A DNA stretch of 64,000 bases from Candidatus Binatia bacterium. GTDB taxonomy: Bacteria > Desulfobacterota > Binatia > HRBIN30. Of this stretch, positions 11,682 to 21,075 are shown one piece after another. The DNA lies in assembly GCA_937925685.1 (NCBI GenBank), contig CALAMI010000008.1, positions 7,125 to 71,124 of the forward strand, given 5' to 3'. Under the pieces are notes generated by a model that did not search any database, was not told where the DNA came from, and was given only the letters and a program-made list of their open reading frames with translations. A program made the translations under genes and the position numbers. How positions within the stretch are numbered: position 1 is the stretch's first letter; the number at the start of each line of letters is the position of its first letter.

Positions 11682-12731
11682 TTAGAAGGCGCTGGGCAGG
11701 ATGATGACGTCGCCTTGGAGCGCCCCACCGACAAAGTGTGGCTTGAGTGCTGTGGTGCGTCCGCGCCCCCTCGATTCTTCGGCGACGAGAATGACTCCGG
11801 ATCCCGGCTTGATGGAACGCGTCGGCACGGGGCGTATTCGCGTCTGGCCGACGATGGTTCCTTGCATGGCAAAGTGGAAGACGGAACGGGTCGGATCGGC
11901 GCGACTGTCGATCCAGGTCAGGGGCAAGTCGGCGAAACAAGTCACCTCGAAGCTTGCCGAAAGTCGCTGTTCGAACTCGTTAAACGTGTCGAACAAAAGG
12001 TTTGTTGTGGTGGGAATGGCCCGATCGAAGTCGGCGCTGCAAGGTACGAACGTAACCGTAGTGCTTACAGGGCTAGCGGTAGCGGGGTCAGGGGCCTGGT
12101 CGTAAAAGTGGTTGAGCACCAAAATGCGCGGGCAGGAACTGTACTCGCGATCGTCCAAGGCAAGAACGTTATCGCGGTTGTTCACGCCTACCGAACGTAA
12201 CGTGAACGCTGGGTACTTTTGCACCGCACCACTGGTGCGTTCGATGATCGTGGCCTCGCCGACCAGCGCATTTCGCGAGCTCGGCACCTCGCCTTCGTCA
12301 ATGACCACGCAGCGAAGTTCTCCGAGAAAGCCTTCGGCCAGGGGAGGGACAAGACCTGGGTGAAGGTCTTCCGGACGGCCATCGGAAGGCCGCGGCCCAA
12401 GCCCTGCGCTTGCGACCCAAACGGTTGGCTGCTGGCGTGTTAAAGCGATTTGAAAGTCGATCACTTGCCAGAGTGGCTCCCCGGTCAAGGGGTTCGGGGC
12501 GCCATTTACGTAGAGACAGAGCAAGGAGATTCTCCCCCCTGTCGTATTGCTAACCTGAAGGATGGTGTCGCGGTCTGCATCGTGGACCACCTTTGGAAAC
12601 CAAATAACCGCCCCGGGCTGATCGGTACTGATTTCCGCTCCTGCGACCGTGCACAAAACCGGGCAAGCGAAGAAAACCAGCGAAAGGGAAGCGGTTGTTC
12701 GAGCATGGCCAATCCTCAAGGCGTGCAGCAT
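11682..12731 (-). CDS. Secreted hypothetical protein, paralog 3 of a tandem triplet
   Basis: Signal peptide; shares FPKVV, DTxxQxSNT, DFxxxLTRQQP, GELxCV, LNHF, VPCxxDF, FNEFEQRLS and GQTR with the two upstream genes. Confidence 0.85.
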   Translation of the reverse strand: MLHALRIGHARTTASLSLVFFACPVLCTVAGAEISTDQPGAVIWFPKVVHDADRDTILQVSNTTGGRISLLCLYVNGAPNPLTGEPLWQVIDFQIALTRQQPTVWVASAGLGPRPSDGRPEDLHPGLVPPLAEGFLGELRCVVIDEGEVPSSRNALVGEATIIERTSGAVQKYPAFTLRSVGVNNRDNVLALDDREYSSCPRILVLNHFYDQAPDPATASPVSTTVTFVPCSADFDRAIPTTTNLLFDTFNEFEQRLSASFEVTCFADLPLTWIDSRADPTRSVFHFAMQGTIVGQTRIRPVPTRSIKPGSGVILVAEESRGRGRTTALKPHFVGGALQGDVIILPSAF

Positions 12732-12842
12732 GTAATCCTCCTAGCTTACTTTGGGAACAGAGCGAAGCGCAGGGCGGGATCGGGGGACGCGATCGGCGGG
12801 GCTACCATTGCATCATCGATCTGAGGTAACTTGGGAGCAATG

Positions 12843-12876
12843 AAAAAGGGCAGAAGCCTTTGGCTTCTGCCCTTTC
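12843..12876 (-). terminator. Rho-independent terminator between paralog 2 and paralog 3
   Basis: AAAGGGCAGAAGCC-TTT-GGCTTCTGCCCTTT perfect stem, with a T-run on the minus strand 25 nt after the stop at 12901. Confidence 0.85.
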
Positions 12877-12900
12877 CACGCCTGACCGGGCCGTTTCGCT

Positions 12901-14145
12901 TCAGTTGTTCGGACTTAAGACAATGAAGTCGGAGCGATCGCGACTACCGGTGAAGTGGACGTTTTCCGCACTACTGTTGACCACCCCGCCGTCATCCCGT
13001 CGAGTCAACAAACGTTCCGCAACCACCAGAATGCCATTGGCGCGGTCCGCCTGCTGAACAGAACGAATCCGAGTTTGCCCGCTCAAGGTTCCTTGGACTG
13101 CGACGCTGAAAATCGAGAAGGCGTTGTCAAAAGTGCCAGGCCGTGTGTCGATATCCGACAACTGTACCTCACGGAAGCACGTGAATCTTGTCGAGCTGGA
13201 GAAACGTTGTTCGAATTCGTTGAAGATCAGAAATTGCAATGTGGCTCCCCCGAGGTTGTTCTCTTGGAGCAGGAAGTCCTCGCTGCATGGGACCACCGTG
13301 ATGTCCGTCGTGGCTGTTTGGCTGAGGGTCGGACTGCCACCCGAGAAATGCGACTGGATAATGGCACCATCGAAGAAGTGATTCAGGATCCAAACGTTGG
13401 GACAGCCATCGTACTCCGCGTCTGGGCCGCCAAGAACAAGGGTATCGTCCTGGTTGTTCACGGTGGTCGACTTCAGGGTGATGGCATTGTACTTCCGCGC
13501 ATCGACGTCGCCTCCAAGACGGGGCGCAGACACGATGGTTGCATGACCAGCCAGGTCACCTGCAGCATTGTTGGCAGGGTTGAACCCAATGGTGGGCCGA
13601 AAGTCATCGGGATTTACTTGAACGCACTTGAGCTCCCCAATAAAAGGATCGTCTGGGACGGGAGGTATCGAAGAATCGGCATTTGTTTGTCCTCCTGGTC
13701 CCTGCGCTCCACCACTGAGTGGAAACGTCGTCAAGCCATCCGCTGCATTGAAGGAAATGGGCTGCCGCTTGGTCAAGCGGAAGCGGAAATCGGTTTCTGT
13801 CCAGCTTTCCACGCAGCGCCCTCCCGTGGGGCAGCGGGACGAGGCTGTTTCCGGGGTGCAGGCGATGTTTGGTGCGTTACTACAGTGTCCCGTTGCATTA
13901 ACCCAATAGCACCGCACGCCAACGATGGAGTTTGAAGTATTGGTAATTTGAATCTCGGTGTCCGTTGGCCGGCCGAACAGAACACCGCTCGTGTCCACTA
14001 CGACCTTTGGGAAGATCAAAATTGCACCAGAAGCGTCGGATCCAATCGTGGCGTTTGCCGCCGTCGTGGGCCCCCCTAAGGTTGCCACTCCGAGGGCCAA
14101 TCCCCACAGCGCCCTGATGAACTTCGTTGCCGTCATGCTGCTCAT
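12901..14145 (-). CDS. Secreted hypothetical protein, paralog 2 (with a 4-Cys insert)
   Basis: AAGGAG RBS, signal peptide, same conserved motifs as its neighbours. Confidence 0.87.
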   Translation of the reverse strand: MSSMTATKFIRALWGLALGVATLGGPTTAANATIGSDASGAILIFPKVVVDTSGVLFGRPTDTEIQITNTSNSIVGVRCYWVNATGHCSNAPNIACTPETASSRCPTGGRCVESWTETDFRFRLTKRQPISFNAADGLTTFPLSGGAQGPGGQTNADSSIPPVPDDPFIGELKCVQVNPDDFRPTIGFNPANNAAGDLAGHATIVSAPRLGGDVDARKYNAITLKSTTVNNQDDTLVLGGPDAEYDGCPNVWILNHFFDGAIIQSHFSGGSPTLSQTATTDITVVPCSEDFLLQENNLGGATLQFLIFNEFEQRFSSSTRFTCFREVQLSDIDTRPGTFDNAFSIFSVAVQGTLSGQTRIRSVQQADRANGILVVAERLLTRRDDGGVVNSSAENVHFTGSRDRSDFIVLSPNN

Positions 14146-14193
14146 CACATCGTCTCCTTTCCTCACCACCTGCTGATGGCCCTTCATGACGTT

Positions 14194-15360
14194 TTACTCG
14201 ACTGGAACCGAGATCACGTCGGTGGCATTGGGCGAGGGCAGCGGGTCGTCATTCTCACCCTGGGTTGCGCCATCGAAGCGGTTGCCTTGAATGTAGGGAT
14301 TGTAGGCCGTCCACGCGGTGACCCCCGAAGCGGACGTCCGTCGGAGCTCCTCGGCAATCATCAGTGCGCCACCCTGCCCTGGGACGGGGCGAAAGCGCGT
14401 GTGCCGAGTGGTCGACCCGCCCAATGCAGCCGGCGTAAACGCCGTGGAAAGCTGGCCGAGGGGCGCAGTTAACCAGCAGTTCACCGAAAAACTTCCACTG
14501 AGGCGAGCTTCGAACTCGTCCCACGTTAGAAACTGTAACGTAATCGTGGTAGTACGGCCGTTTTCGAAATCTTGGTTGCAGGGAACTACCGTCAAAAAGG
14601 TTTCGACCGGGCAGTTATTCCCAACGCACAGCCCGACAGGTCCCAGCGAGGTTGCCGAGGAAAGCGAAAGTTGAGGGGTGCCGTGGGCGAAGTGATTGAG
14701 AATTGTGGTGTCGGGGCACGCCGCATACTCTCCGCCGGGATTGGCGTCAGTTAGCGTGAGTTCCAGGTCGGCCCCTGGCAGCACCTGGGTGTTTGCCGGA
14801 ATCGCAATGGCATTGTAGGTGGAAACGTCCCCGTCCCTTCTCTGAATGGTTGCTTCGCCCTTCAGCCGGTTCCCTGGCCACGGCTGATCCGTTTCATCGA
14901 CTTGGACGCACTTGAGCTCACCGGTAAAGCCCAATGGGACCGGAGGAATCAACCCCGGGTCGAATCCAGCACCGTAAGAGCCGAAGGGGCTGGTGTGATC
15001 TACCCGTCGTCCAGCGCTGGCTACCCACATGGTCGGCTGTTGCCGTGTCAAAACCAGTTGGAAGTCAGTCACAGACCAAAGTGGTGGGTTTCCTGGCCCA
15101 GGCGGCTGATTCGGATTCACCGGAGCGCCATTTACGTAGAAACAGTGCACGAAGGCTAAACTGTTCCCCGTATTGGAAAGTTGAATGATGGTGTCACGGA
15201 TACCGTCCCAAACCACTTTAGGGAAGACGACAACGGAACCACTGATCTCGGTGGTTACACTACGAACTTCTTGGCTCACTCCTATGCTTGCCCACGCAAG
15301 CACACTCAGAGCGGAAAGCCCCAACGTCCCCAAGCCCCGAAACCGCTTCTTCACTCGCAT
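14194..15360 (-). CDS. Secreted hypothetical protein, paralog 1
   Basis: AAGGAG RBS before ATG 15360, basic plus hydrophobic signal peptide, same conserved motifs. Confidence 0.87.
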   Translation of the reverse strand: MRVKKRFRGLGTLGLSALSVLAWASIGVSQEVRSVTTEISGSVVVFPKVVWDGIRDTIIQLSNTGNSLAFVHCFYVNGAPVNPNQPPGPGNPPLWSVTDFQLVLTRQQPTMWVASAGRRVDHTSPFGSYGAGFDPGLIPPVPLGFTGELKCVQVDETDQPWPGNRLKGEATIQRRDGDVSTYNAIAIPANTQVLPGADLELTLTDANPGGEYAACPDTTILNHFAHGTPQLSLSSATSLGPVGLCVGNNCPVETFLTVVPCNQDFENGRTTTITLQFLTWDEFEARLSGSFSVNCWLTAPLGQLSTAFTPAALGGSTTRHTRFRPVPGQGGALMIAEELRRTSASGVTAWTAYNPYIQGNRFDGATQGENDDPLPSPNATDVISVPVE

Positions 15361-15710
15361 CCGCTTTCTCCTTTCTTCGCCGGGGAAAACCCGCAAGCGC
15401 CGCTCGGCTTTAACGAGCCCGGCAAGCTTGAGGATCTCTGCGTCCCCGTTCCGGCACCAACGAGCCGCACTCCGCAAGCCCCGCCCCAATTACTGCAAGC
15501 CCTTATCCTTGTCAAGCTGAAAAGCCAGCGGAGAAGGTGTGCTCGTAGGGAAAGCAAGGCGTTGTCTAGCGCTTGACCACCCTTGAACCGTTTGGTAGAA
15601 GCCCGCGGACTTTGGGAAAAGGCCGCATCAGCGGCTGCACATTTGTGATTTTGAGGACGATAAGCCGCCAGGAGGGGGCGGCAACCCGCGGGGGAGTGAG
15701 GAGCAGGCAG

Positions 15711-17369
15711 ATGAGGAAATCGCATTGGTTTGTGTTTGTGTCGTGTGCCGTGCCGGTCATGACCCTGCTAAGCGGCTGTGCGGCCAGAAAACCTCCGGTG
15801 CCGAAAGAAGCAACTCGCCTCACGGGAAAAATTCCCCAGTACACTCCAGCGCGTGCTGGATTGCCCATGGCAAAGATCTGGAAAAGCCAGATCGCCTTTG
15901 GGGATATTAACAACGATGGGTTTGCTGACCTGGGAGCCGTGTCGCGCCTGGCAGACGGACCATGGATCTGGGTTGGCGACGGCAAAGGTGGGTGGACCGA
16001 TGCCTCCAGCGGTCTTCCCCGCGAAGCATTTTGTGGCGGCGGGATGGATTTTGGCGACGTGAACCGCGATGGCAAGATGGACGTTGCAATTGCCGACCAC
16101 TGTAAAGGTGTTTTTGTTTTTCTCGGCGACGGTACAGGAAGGTGGACCTCAGCGTCAGCTGGTTTGCCGACGATTGGATGCGAAGACGTGGCTTTGGGGG
16201 ATTTCAACAAGGATGGCTGCCTTGACTTGGTCACCGTTGCCGCCTCCGAGGAGGGGGTGCGAGCATTTACTGGCAATTGCAAAGGTGTGTGGCGAGAAAG
16301 TTCAACTGGCCTCGCACACAGCGAGTGGGGCAACTCCGTTACGATGGCCGACATGAATGGCGACGGCAATCTCGACATCGTGGCAGCCTACGCTGCTGGC
16401 CCGCGGGTTTGGCTGGGAGACGGGCAGGGTAATTGGCAGGAGGCCTCGGCCGGTATGCCGGCACCTGAAGTCCATGGCCTTTATTGGGGTGTTGCGGTCG
16501 GTGATATTAACGGCGACGGGAGGCTCGACGTGGCGGCCACCGACCAGTCGCGTGGGCCCCAGGTATTTCTGCAAACCGAAGGCGGGGGTTACGTGGCAAC
16601 CGACACGCGCCAGTGTGTTGGCGGGGACAACCACGGGTTGTTTTGTCTGGCAGCAGCGGATTGCCCGGGAGGTTCGTGTGCGACACATGTTTGCAAAGGT
16701 GTGTGCGTGAAGGGGATGCGGGGCAATCCTTGCTTTACTGACGATGAGTGCGAGGATCTGAGCCCTCCCCGTCCTGGGCGACAACCCGAGGAGCCAAAAT
16801 GTGATTTGCCGAAGAATGCGGGGCAGCAATGCAACGCGGAGGGTAATCCAGCGCAATGTGTTCCCGGTGTTTGTGCTCCGGTGCAAAACGGTCACGGTCT
16901 ACCTCTCATGAACGCCTTGGGTGTGGCCATTGGCGATTTGAATAACGACGGGAAGGCGGATCTCGTGGTTGCGGGCAAAACGAACACCCGGGAAATCGGT
17001 GGCGTGTATGGTGTTTTTGCGTTCCTGGGCGACGGCAAAGGTAACTTCACATTGCTCCCTGCTTCGGCCGGGCTCCCTCATGATGGCCGGGAGCGGACCT
17101 GGGGTGTGGGCCTGGCCGACATCGATCGTGACGGGGTGCTCGATATCGGAGTAGCTTTTGGCGACGTGTTGCCACCGACGTTCCGCTCGAGCGAGCTACG
17201 ACCCAAAGCTCCTCCGAAGCAAAAAGACCAAGGGTGGTGGTCGCGGCTCTTCGGGCGCAGAAATTCTGATCCTGGGAAGGTACAAACACCGCCAGCCGCG
17301 GAAGCCCCCAAGCCGCCAGAGCGAGGCCACTTCGGGTCAATCGAAGTTTGGCGCGGCTCCTTACCGTAG
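15711..17369 (+). CDS. FG-GAP/VCBS-repeat beta-propeller lipoprotein with Cys-rich insertion
   Basis: Lipobox LLSGC; seven (G/A)DxNxDGxxD repeats; Cys-rich block between repeats 5 and 6. Confidence 0.88.
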   Translation: MRKSHWFVFVSCAVPVMTLLSGCAARKPPVPKEATRLTGKIPQYTPARAGLPMAKIWKSQIAFGDINNDGFADLGAVSRLADGPWIWVGDGKGGWTDASSGLPREAFCGGGMDFGDVNRDGKMDVAIADHCKGVFVFLGDGTGRWTSASAGLPTIGCEDVALGDFNKDGCLDLVTVAASEEGVRAFTGNCKGVWRESSTGLAHSEWGNSVTMADMNGDGNLDIVAAYAAGPRVWLGDGQGNWQEASAGMPAPEVHGLYWGVAVGDINGDGRLDVAATDQSRGPQVFLQTEGGGYVATDTRQCVGGDNHGLFCLAAADCPGGSCATHVCKGVCVKGMRGNPCFTDDECEDLSPPRPGRQPEEPKCDLPKNAGQQCNAEGNPAQCVPGVCAPVQNGHGLPLMNALGVAIGDLNNDGKADLVVAGKTNTREIGGVYGVFAFLGDGKGNFTLLPASAGLPHDGRERTWGVGLADIDRDGVLDIGVAFGDVLPPTFRSSELRPKAPPKQKDQGWWSRLFGRRNSDPGKVQTPPAAEAPKPPERGHFGSIEVWRGSLP

Positions 17370-17494
17370 GTGGAGCAGCCGCTGTTGGGGTCAAACGAGG
17401 GCTTTCGGTTCTAGGCGGAAAGCCCTCGTTGTCTTAGGGGGCGTGCTCGTCCCTGCATTGCGCCAGGGCGGGCATGTGAAATGATGCGGCACTC

Positions 17495-19228
17495 ATGAAG
17501 CGACTGTGGCGTTATGTGCGCCGTTATCGGCGCCGCTACGCTTTGGGTGCGGTGGCACTGCTGCTGACCGCGTCGATGGCGATGAGTATTCCCTACCTGC
17601 TCAAGCGCGCTGTCGATGCTGCCGCCGCTGGGGCCGGCTTGGAAGTTGCCCGGTTGGCACTGTTGGTGGTTGCTGTCGCCGTCGTGCAGGCGGGTGTGCG
17701 CACCTTTTCTCGGGCACTGGTGTTCAATGTGGGCCGGGATGTCGAATATGACTTGCGAAACGATCTGTTCGCCCATTTGCTACGCCTACCGCCGGCTTAT
17801 TATCGGGATCATCCCACAGGTGACATCATGTCACGCTTGGTCAACGACGTCACCGCGGTGCGGATGGTGTTGGGCCCGGGCATTTTGAACTTAATCAATA
17901 CGCCTCTCTACTACGCCTACGGACTGGCCATCATGGCCCATTTAAATGCACGCTTAACCCTGCTTGCTCTTGCGCCTTATCCTATTTTGCTTGTCGGCGT
18001 AAAGATCCTGAGCCGCCGATTAATGGAGGGTACCCTGCGGGTTCAGGAGGGGCTGGCTGGGCTGGCCGCGTTGGTCCAAGAAAACGTGAGCGGTGCCCAC
18101 GTTGTTCGCGCACATGCTGCGGAGCAAAGAGAGATCCAGCGGTTCGGTAAGGCCAACGAAGCCTTTCAAAGTGCCAGCGTAGAACTCGCCCGTGTACGAG
18201 GCCGGTTGTTTCCCCTGATGCGCCTGGCTGCTGGAACTGGCTCGCTCGTGGTGCTGTGGTACGGAGGCCTCTTGGTGATTCGCCAGCAACTGACCGTAGG
18301 CGATTTAGTGGCGTTTTTGGGGTATCTGAACTTGTTGGCCTGGCCTACGATGGCGTTGGGCTGGATCTTGTCGGTGTTTCAGCGGGGCCGTGCGGCCATG
18401 CAACGGTTGGAACAGGTTCTGAGCCTCGAACCTGCCATTGCCGATCCCCCGGCACCGGTGCGTCCTCAGCAGATCCGCGGAGACATTGAGTTTCGTAACG
18501 TCGTCTTTGCCTATCCCGGGCGGGAAGGCACGCCGGTGCTGAGCGACGTCACGTTCCGCATTCCTGCGGGCTCGTTGGTTGCAGTCGTGGGAAGGACGGG
18601 AGCGGGCAAAAGCACGTTAGCTGCTTTGTTACCACGGCTGTGGGACCCAACCGAAGGCGCAGTGTTTTTCGATGGGCTCGACTTGCGTGCGTGGTGCCTG
18701 AGCACGCTGCGACGCGCCATTTGCGTCGTTCCCCAGGACCCGTTTCTGTTCTCAGCCACACTACGCGAAAACATCGCCTTCGGTGCTGACGAGGCTCAAG
18801 AGGAGGACATTTTGCGGGCCGTTTATTTGTCTGGCCTCGAGGCAGACCTGGAACGGTTGCCTCGAGGATTGGACACCTTGGTGGGTGAGCGGGGAGTGTT
18901 GCTTTCAGGCGGCCAGAAACAACGCGTTACCTTAGCCAGAGCACTGCTCTTCCCGGCGCCCGTGATGGTCTTGGACGACCCGCTCTCCAGCGTCGATGCT
19001 GAGACAGAGCGTAAAATTCTTGAGCGTTTGCTCCCTGTTCTCCGCGGAAGGACGACCCTGTTCATTTCGCACCGGATTTCCACCGTCTGTCATGCCGACG
19101 TTGTCATCGTCCTCGAACGTGGAAGGGTTGCTGAAGTTGGTCGACACGAGGAACTGCTGGCGCGCCCGGGGCTGTACGCTGCGCTTTTCCGTCAACAGCA
19201 GCTGGAGGAGGAACTGGCCGCGCTATGA
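17495..19228 (+). CDS. ABC exporter, fused TMD-NBD (MdlA/TmrA-like half)
   Basis: Six-TM domain, GRTGAGKST, LSGGQKQR, LDDP (degenerate Walker B), ISHR. Confidence 0.93.
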   Translation: MKRLWRYVRRYRRRYALGAVALLLTASMAMSIPYLLKRAVDAAAAGAGLEVARLALLVVAVAVVQAGVRTFSRALVFNVGRDVEYDLRNDLFAHLLRLPPAYYRDHPTGDIMSRLVNDVTAVRMVLGPGILNLINTPLYYAYGLAIMAHLNARLTLLALAPYPILLVGVKILSRRLMEGTLRVQEGLAGLAALVQENVSGAHVVRAHAAEQREIQRFGKANEAFQSASVELARVRGRLFPLMRLAAGTGSLVVLWYGGLLVIRQQLTVGDLVAFLGYLNLLAWPTMALGWILSVFQRGRAAMQRLEQVLSLEPAIADPPAPVRPQQIRGDIEFRNVVFAYPGREGTPVLSDVTFRIPAGSLVAVVGRTGAGKSTLAALLPRLWDPTEGAVFFDGLDLRAWCLSTLRRAICVVPQDPFLFSATLRENIAFGADEAQEEDILRAVYLSGLEADLERLPRGLDTLVGERGVLLSGGQKQRVTLARALLFPAPVMVLDDPLSSVDAETERKILERLLPVLRGRTTLFISHRISTVCHADVVIVLERGRVAEVGRHEELLARPGLYAALFRQQQLEEELAAL

Positions 19229-21075
19229 GACCTGCCCAGTGGCTGGCGTGGTGGCGAAAGCAGAAGGAGTTGCCGGGCGGCAGCGAGGAGTCGACGTATG
19301 ACGTACGCTTGCTCGCTCACTTGTGGAGCTTCATCCGTCCGCATCGACGCTGGTTCATCGCTGCTATGCTTACGTTGCCGGTGGCAACCGCGTTTTCGTT
19401 GTTGCAACCTTACCTCCTCAAGCTGACCATCGACCGTTACGTGGTCACCGGCGTTGAGGCGGGGCTGTTCGGCATGGGGGTCGCGTATCTGGGGACGCTC
19501 CTGGGGGAGGCGGCGTTTCTCTACCTCGAATATTACTGCACCATGGTGATGGCGCAAAAGAGCCTCGGTGACTTACGCCTACGCCTCTTCGAGCACTTGC
19601 AACGTCTCGATATCCGCTACTTCGAGCGGAACCCTGTGGGCCGGTTGGTCACGAGACTGACCACGGATATTGATGTGATCAACGAGATGTTTTCGGCAGG
19701 GGTGATGACCTTGCTGACAGACTTTCTGACTCTGCTCGGAATCGTCGCTATTCTTCTTTGGATCGATTGGCGGCTAGCCCTTGTCAGTTTGGCGACCGTG
19801 CCCGTGTTGGTTGTCATCGTGGATTTTTTTCGCATCCGCGCTAGGAGAAGTTATCGACTGATTCGCGAGCGTGTGGCGCGCTTGAACGCGTATTTGCAGG
19901 AGGCCGTGACCGGAATGGCGGTAGTGCAGGTGTTTGCACGAGAGGGCCGCGTCTGGCACGACTTTGATGATCGCAACCGTGCGCACCGGGATGCGAATCG
20001 TTGGGCAAACATTTACGAAGCGGCACTGTTCTCTTTGATCGAGGCGGTGGCAAGCATCTCGTTCGCTGCCATTGTCTGGTATGGGGGGGGCGAGGTCATC
20101 CAGGGGGCGCTGGCGTTCGGAACGCTGGTGGCCTTCATTGAATACGTTCAGCGCTTTTTTGCCCCGATTCGCGATTTTTCGTCCAAATATGCGGTGATGC
20201 AATCGGCAATGTCGGCCGCCGAGCGGGTCTTCGAGTTGCTGGAAACGCCGAGTGCACAGCCGCTACCGACCCGCTTTGTCGTGCCACCTGTGCGCCGCGG
20301 GATGGTGAAGTTCGAAAACGTCTGGTTCGCATACCGCGACGATCAGTGGGTTTTGCGGAACGTGTCCTTTGACGTGCAACCCGGGGAGCGGGTAGCCATC
20401 GTTGGAGCCACGGGCTCGGGCAAAACCACGGTCGTCAAGCTGCTGCAGCGCTTCTACGACCCCAGCCGGGGAGCGGTCCTGGTCGAAGGGGTGGATGTGC
20501 GTGCTTGGAGTCTGCACGCGCTGCGAAAGCATGTCGGTGTGGTCAGTCAGGATGTGTTTTTGTTTTCAGGCACCGTGGCCGAAAATATCGCGTTAGGGCA
20601 GCCGCAACTGAACCGAGAGGAACTCGAGCGCGTGAGTCGCGCCGTTCACGCGGATACTTTTATTCGAACGCTACCAAGGGGATTTGACGAATGGGTAGGC
20701 GAACGCGGCGCGAACCTCTCTCTCGGACAACGCCAACTCCTAGCCTATGCCCGCGCGCTCGCGCAGAACCCAGGAATTTTAGTGTTGGACGAGGCCACCT
20801 CAGCCATCGATCCGCAAACGGAAGCTCTTGTAGAGGATGCTGTGGAAACGCTCGTGCGTGGGCGTACCGTCGTTGTGATTGCTCATCGTTTGGCAACCGT
20901 AGAACGAGCCGACCGAATTCTTGTGCTCCATCGGGGTCAGATCCGCGAGCAGGGCACACATCGTGAGTTACTGCGCCGTGGTGGCCTCTACGCCCGTCTT
21001 TACCACTTACAGCGAACCGCAGCCGCGCTCGATGCGGCGGCGACTGGCGCCGACGTGAGCGCTCCGGTGGGGTGA
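19225..21075 (+). CDS. ABC exporter, fused TMD-NBD (MdlB/TmrB-like half)
   Basis: GATGSGKTT, LSLGQRQL, LDEATS, IAHRL; ATGA overlap with the previous gene implies a heterodimer. Confidence 0.93.
   Translation: MRPAQWLAWWRKQKELPGGSEESTYDVRLLAHLWSFIRPHRRWFIAAMLTLPVATAFSLLQPYLLKLTIDRYVVTGVEAGLFGMGVAYLGTLLGEAAFLYLEYYCTMVMAQKSLGDLRLRLFEHLQRLDIRYFERNPVGRLVTRLTTDIDVINEMFSAGVMTLLTDFLTLLGIVAILLWIDWRLALVSLATVPVLVVIVDFFRIRARRSYRLIRERVARLNAYLQEAVTGMAVVQVFAREGRVWHDFDDRNRAHRDANRWANIYEAALFSLIEAVASISFAAIVWYGGGEVIQGALAFGTLVAFIEYVQRFFAPIRDFSSKYAVMQSAMSAAERVFELLETPSAQPLPTRFVVPPVRRGMVKFENVWFAYRDDQWVLRNVSFDVQPGERVAIVGATGSGKTTVVKLLQRFYDPSRGAVLVEGVDVRAWSLHALRKHVGVVSQDVFLFSGTVAENIALGQPQLNREELERVSRAVHADTFIRTLPRGFDEWVGERGANLSLGQRQLLAYARALAQNPGILVLDEATSAIDPQTEALVEDAVETLVRGRTVVVIAHRLATVERADRILVLHRGQIREQGTHRELLRRGGLYARLYHLQRTAAALDAAATGADVSAPVG

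Noticed and set aside
12955-13935. Long plus-strand ORF (326 aa), and similar antisense ORFs such as 34573..35964, 29716..30654 and 40106..41077
   Set aside because: Shadow or alternative frames of well-supported genes in GC-rich DNA; no motifs
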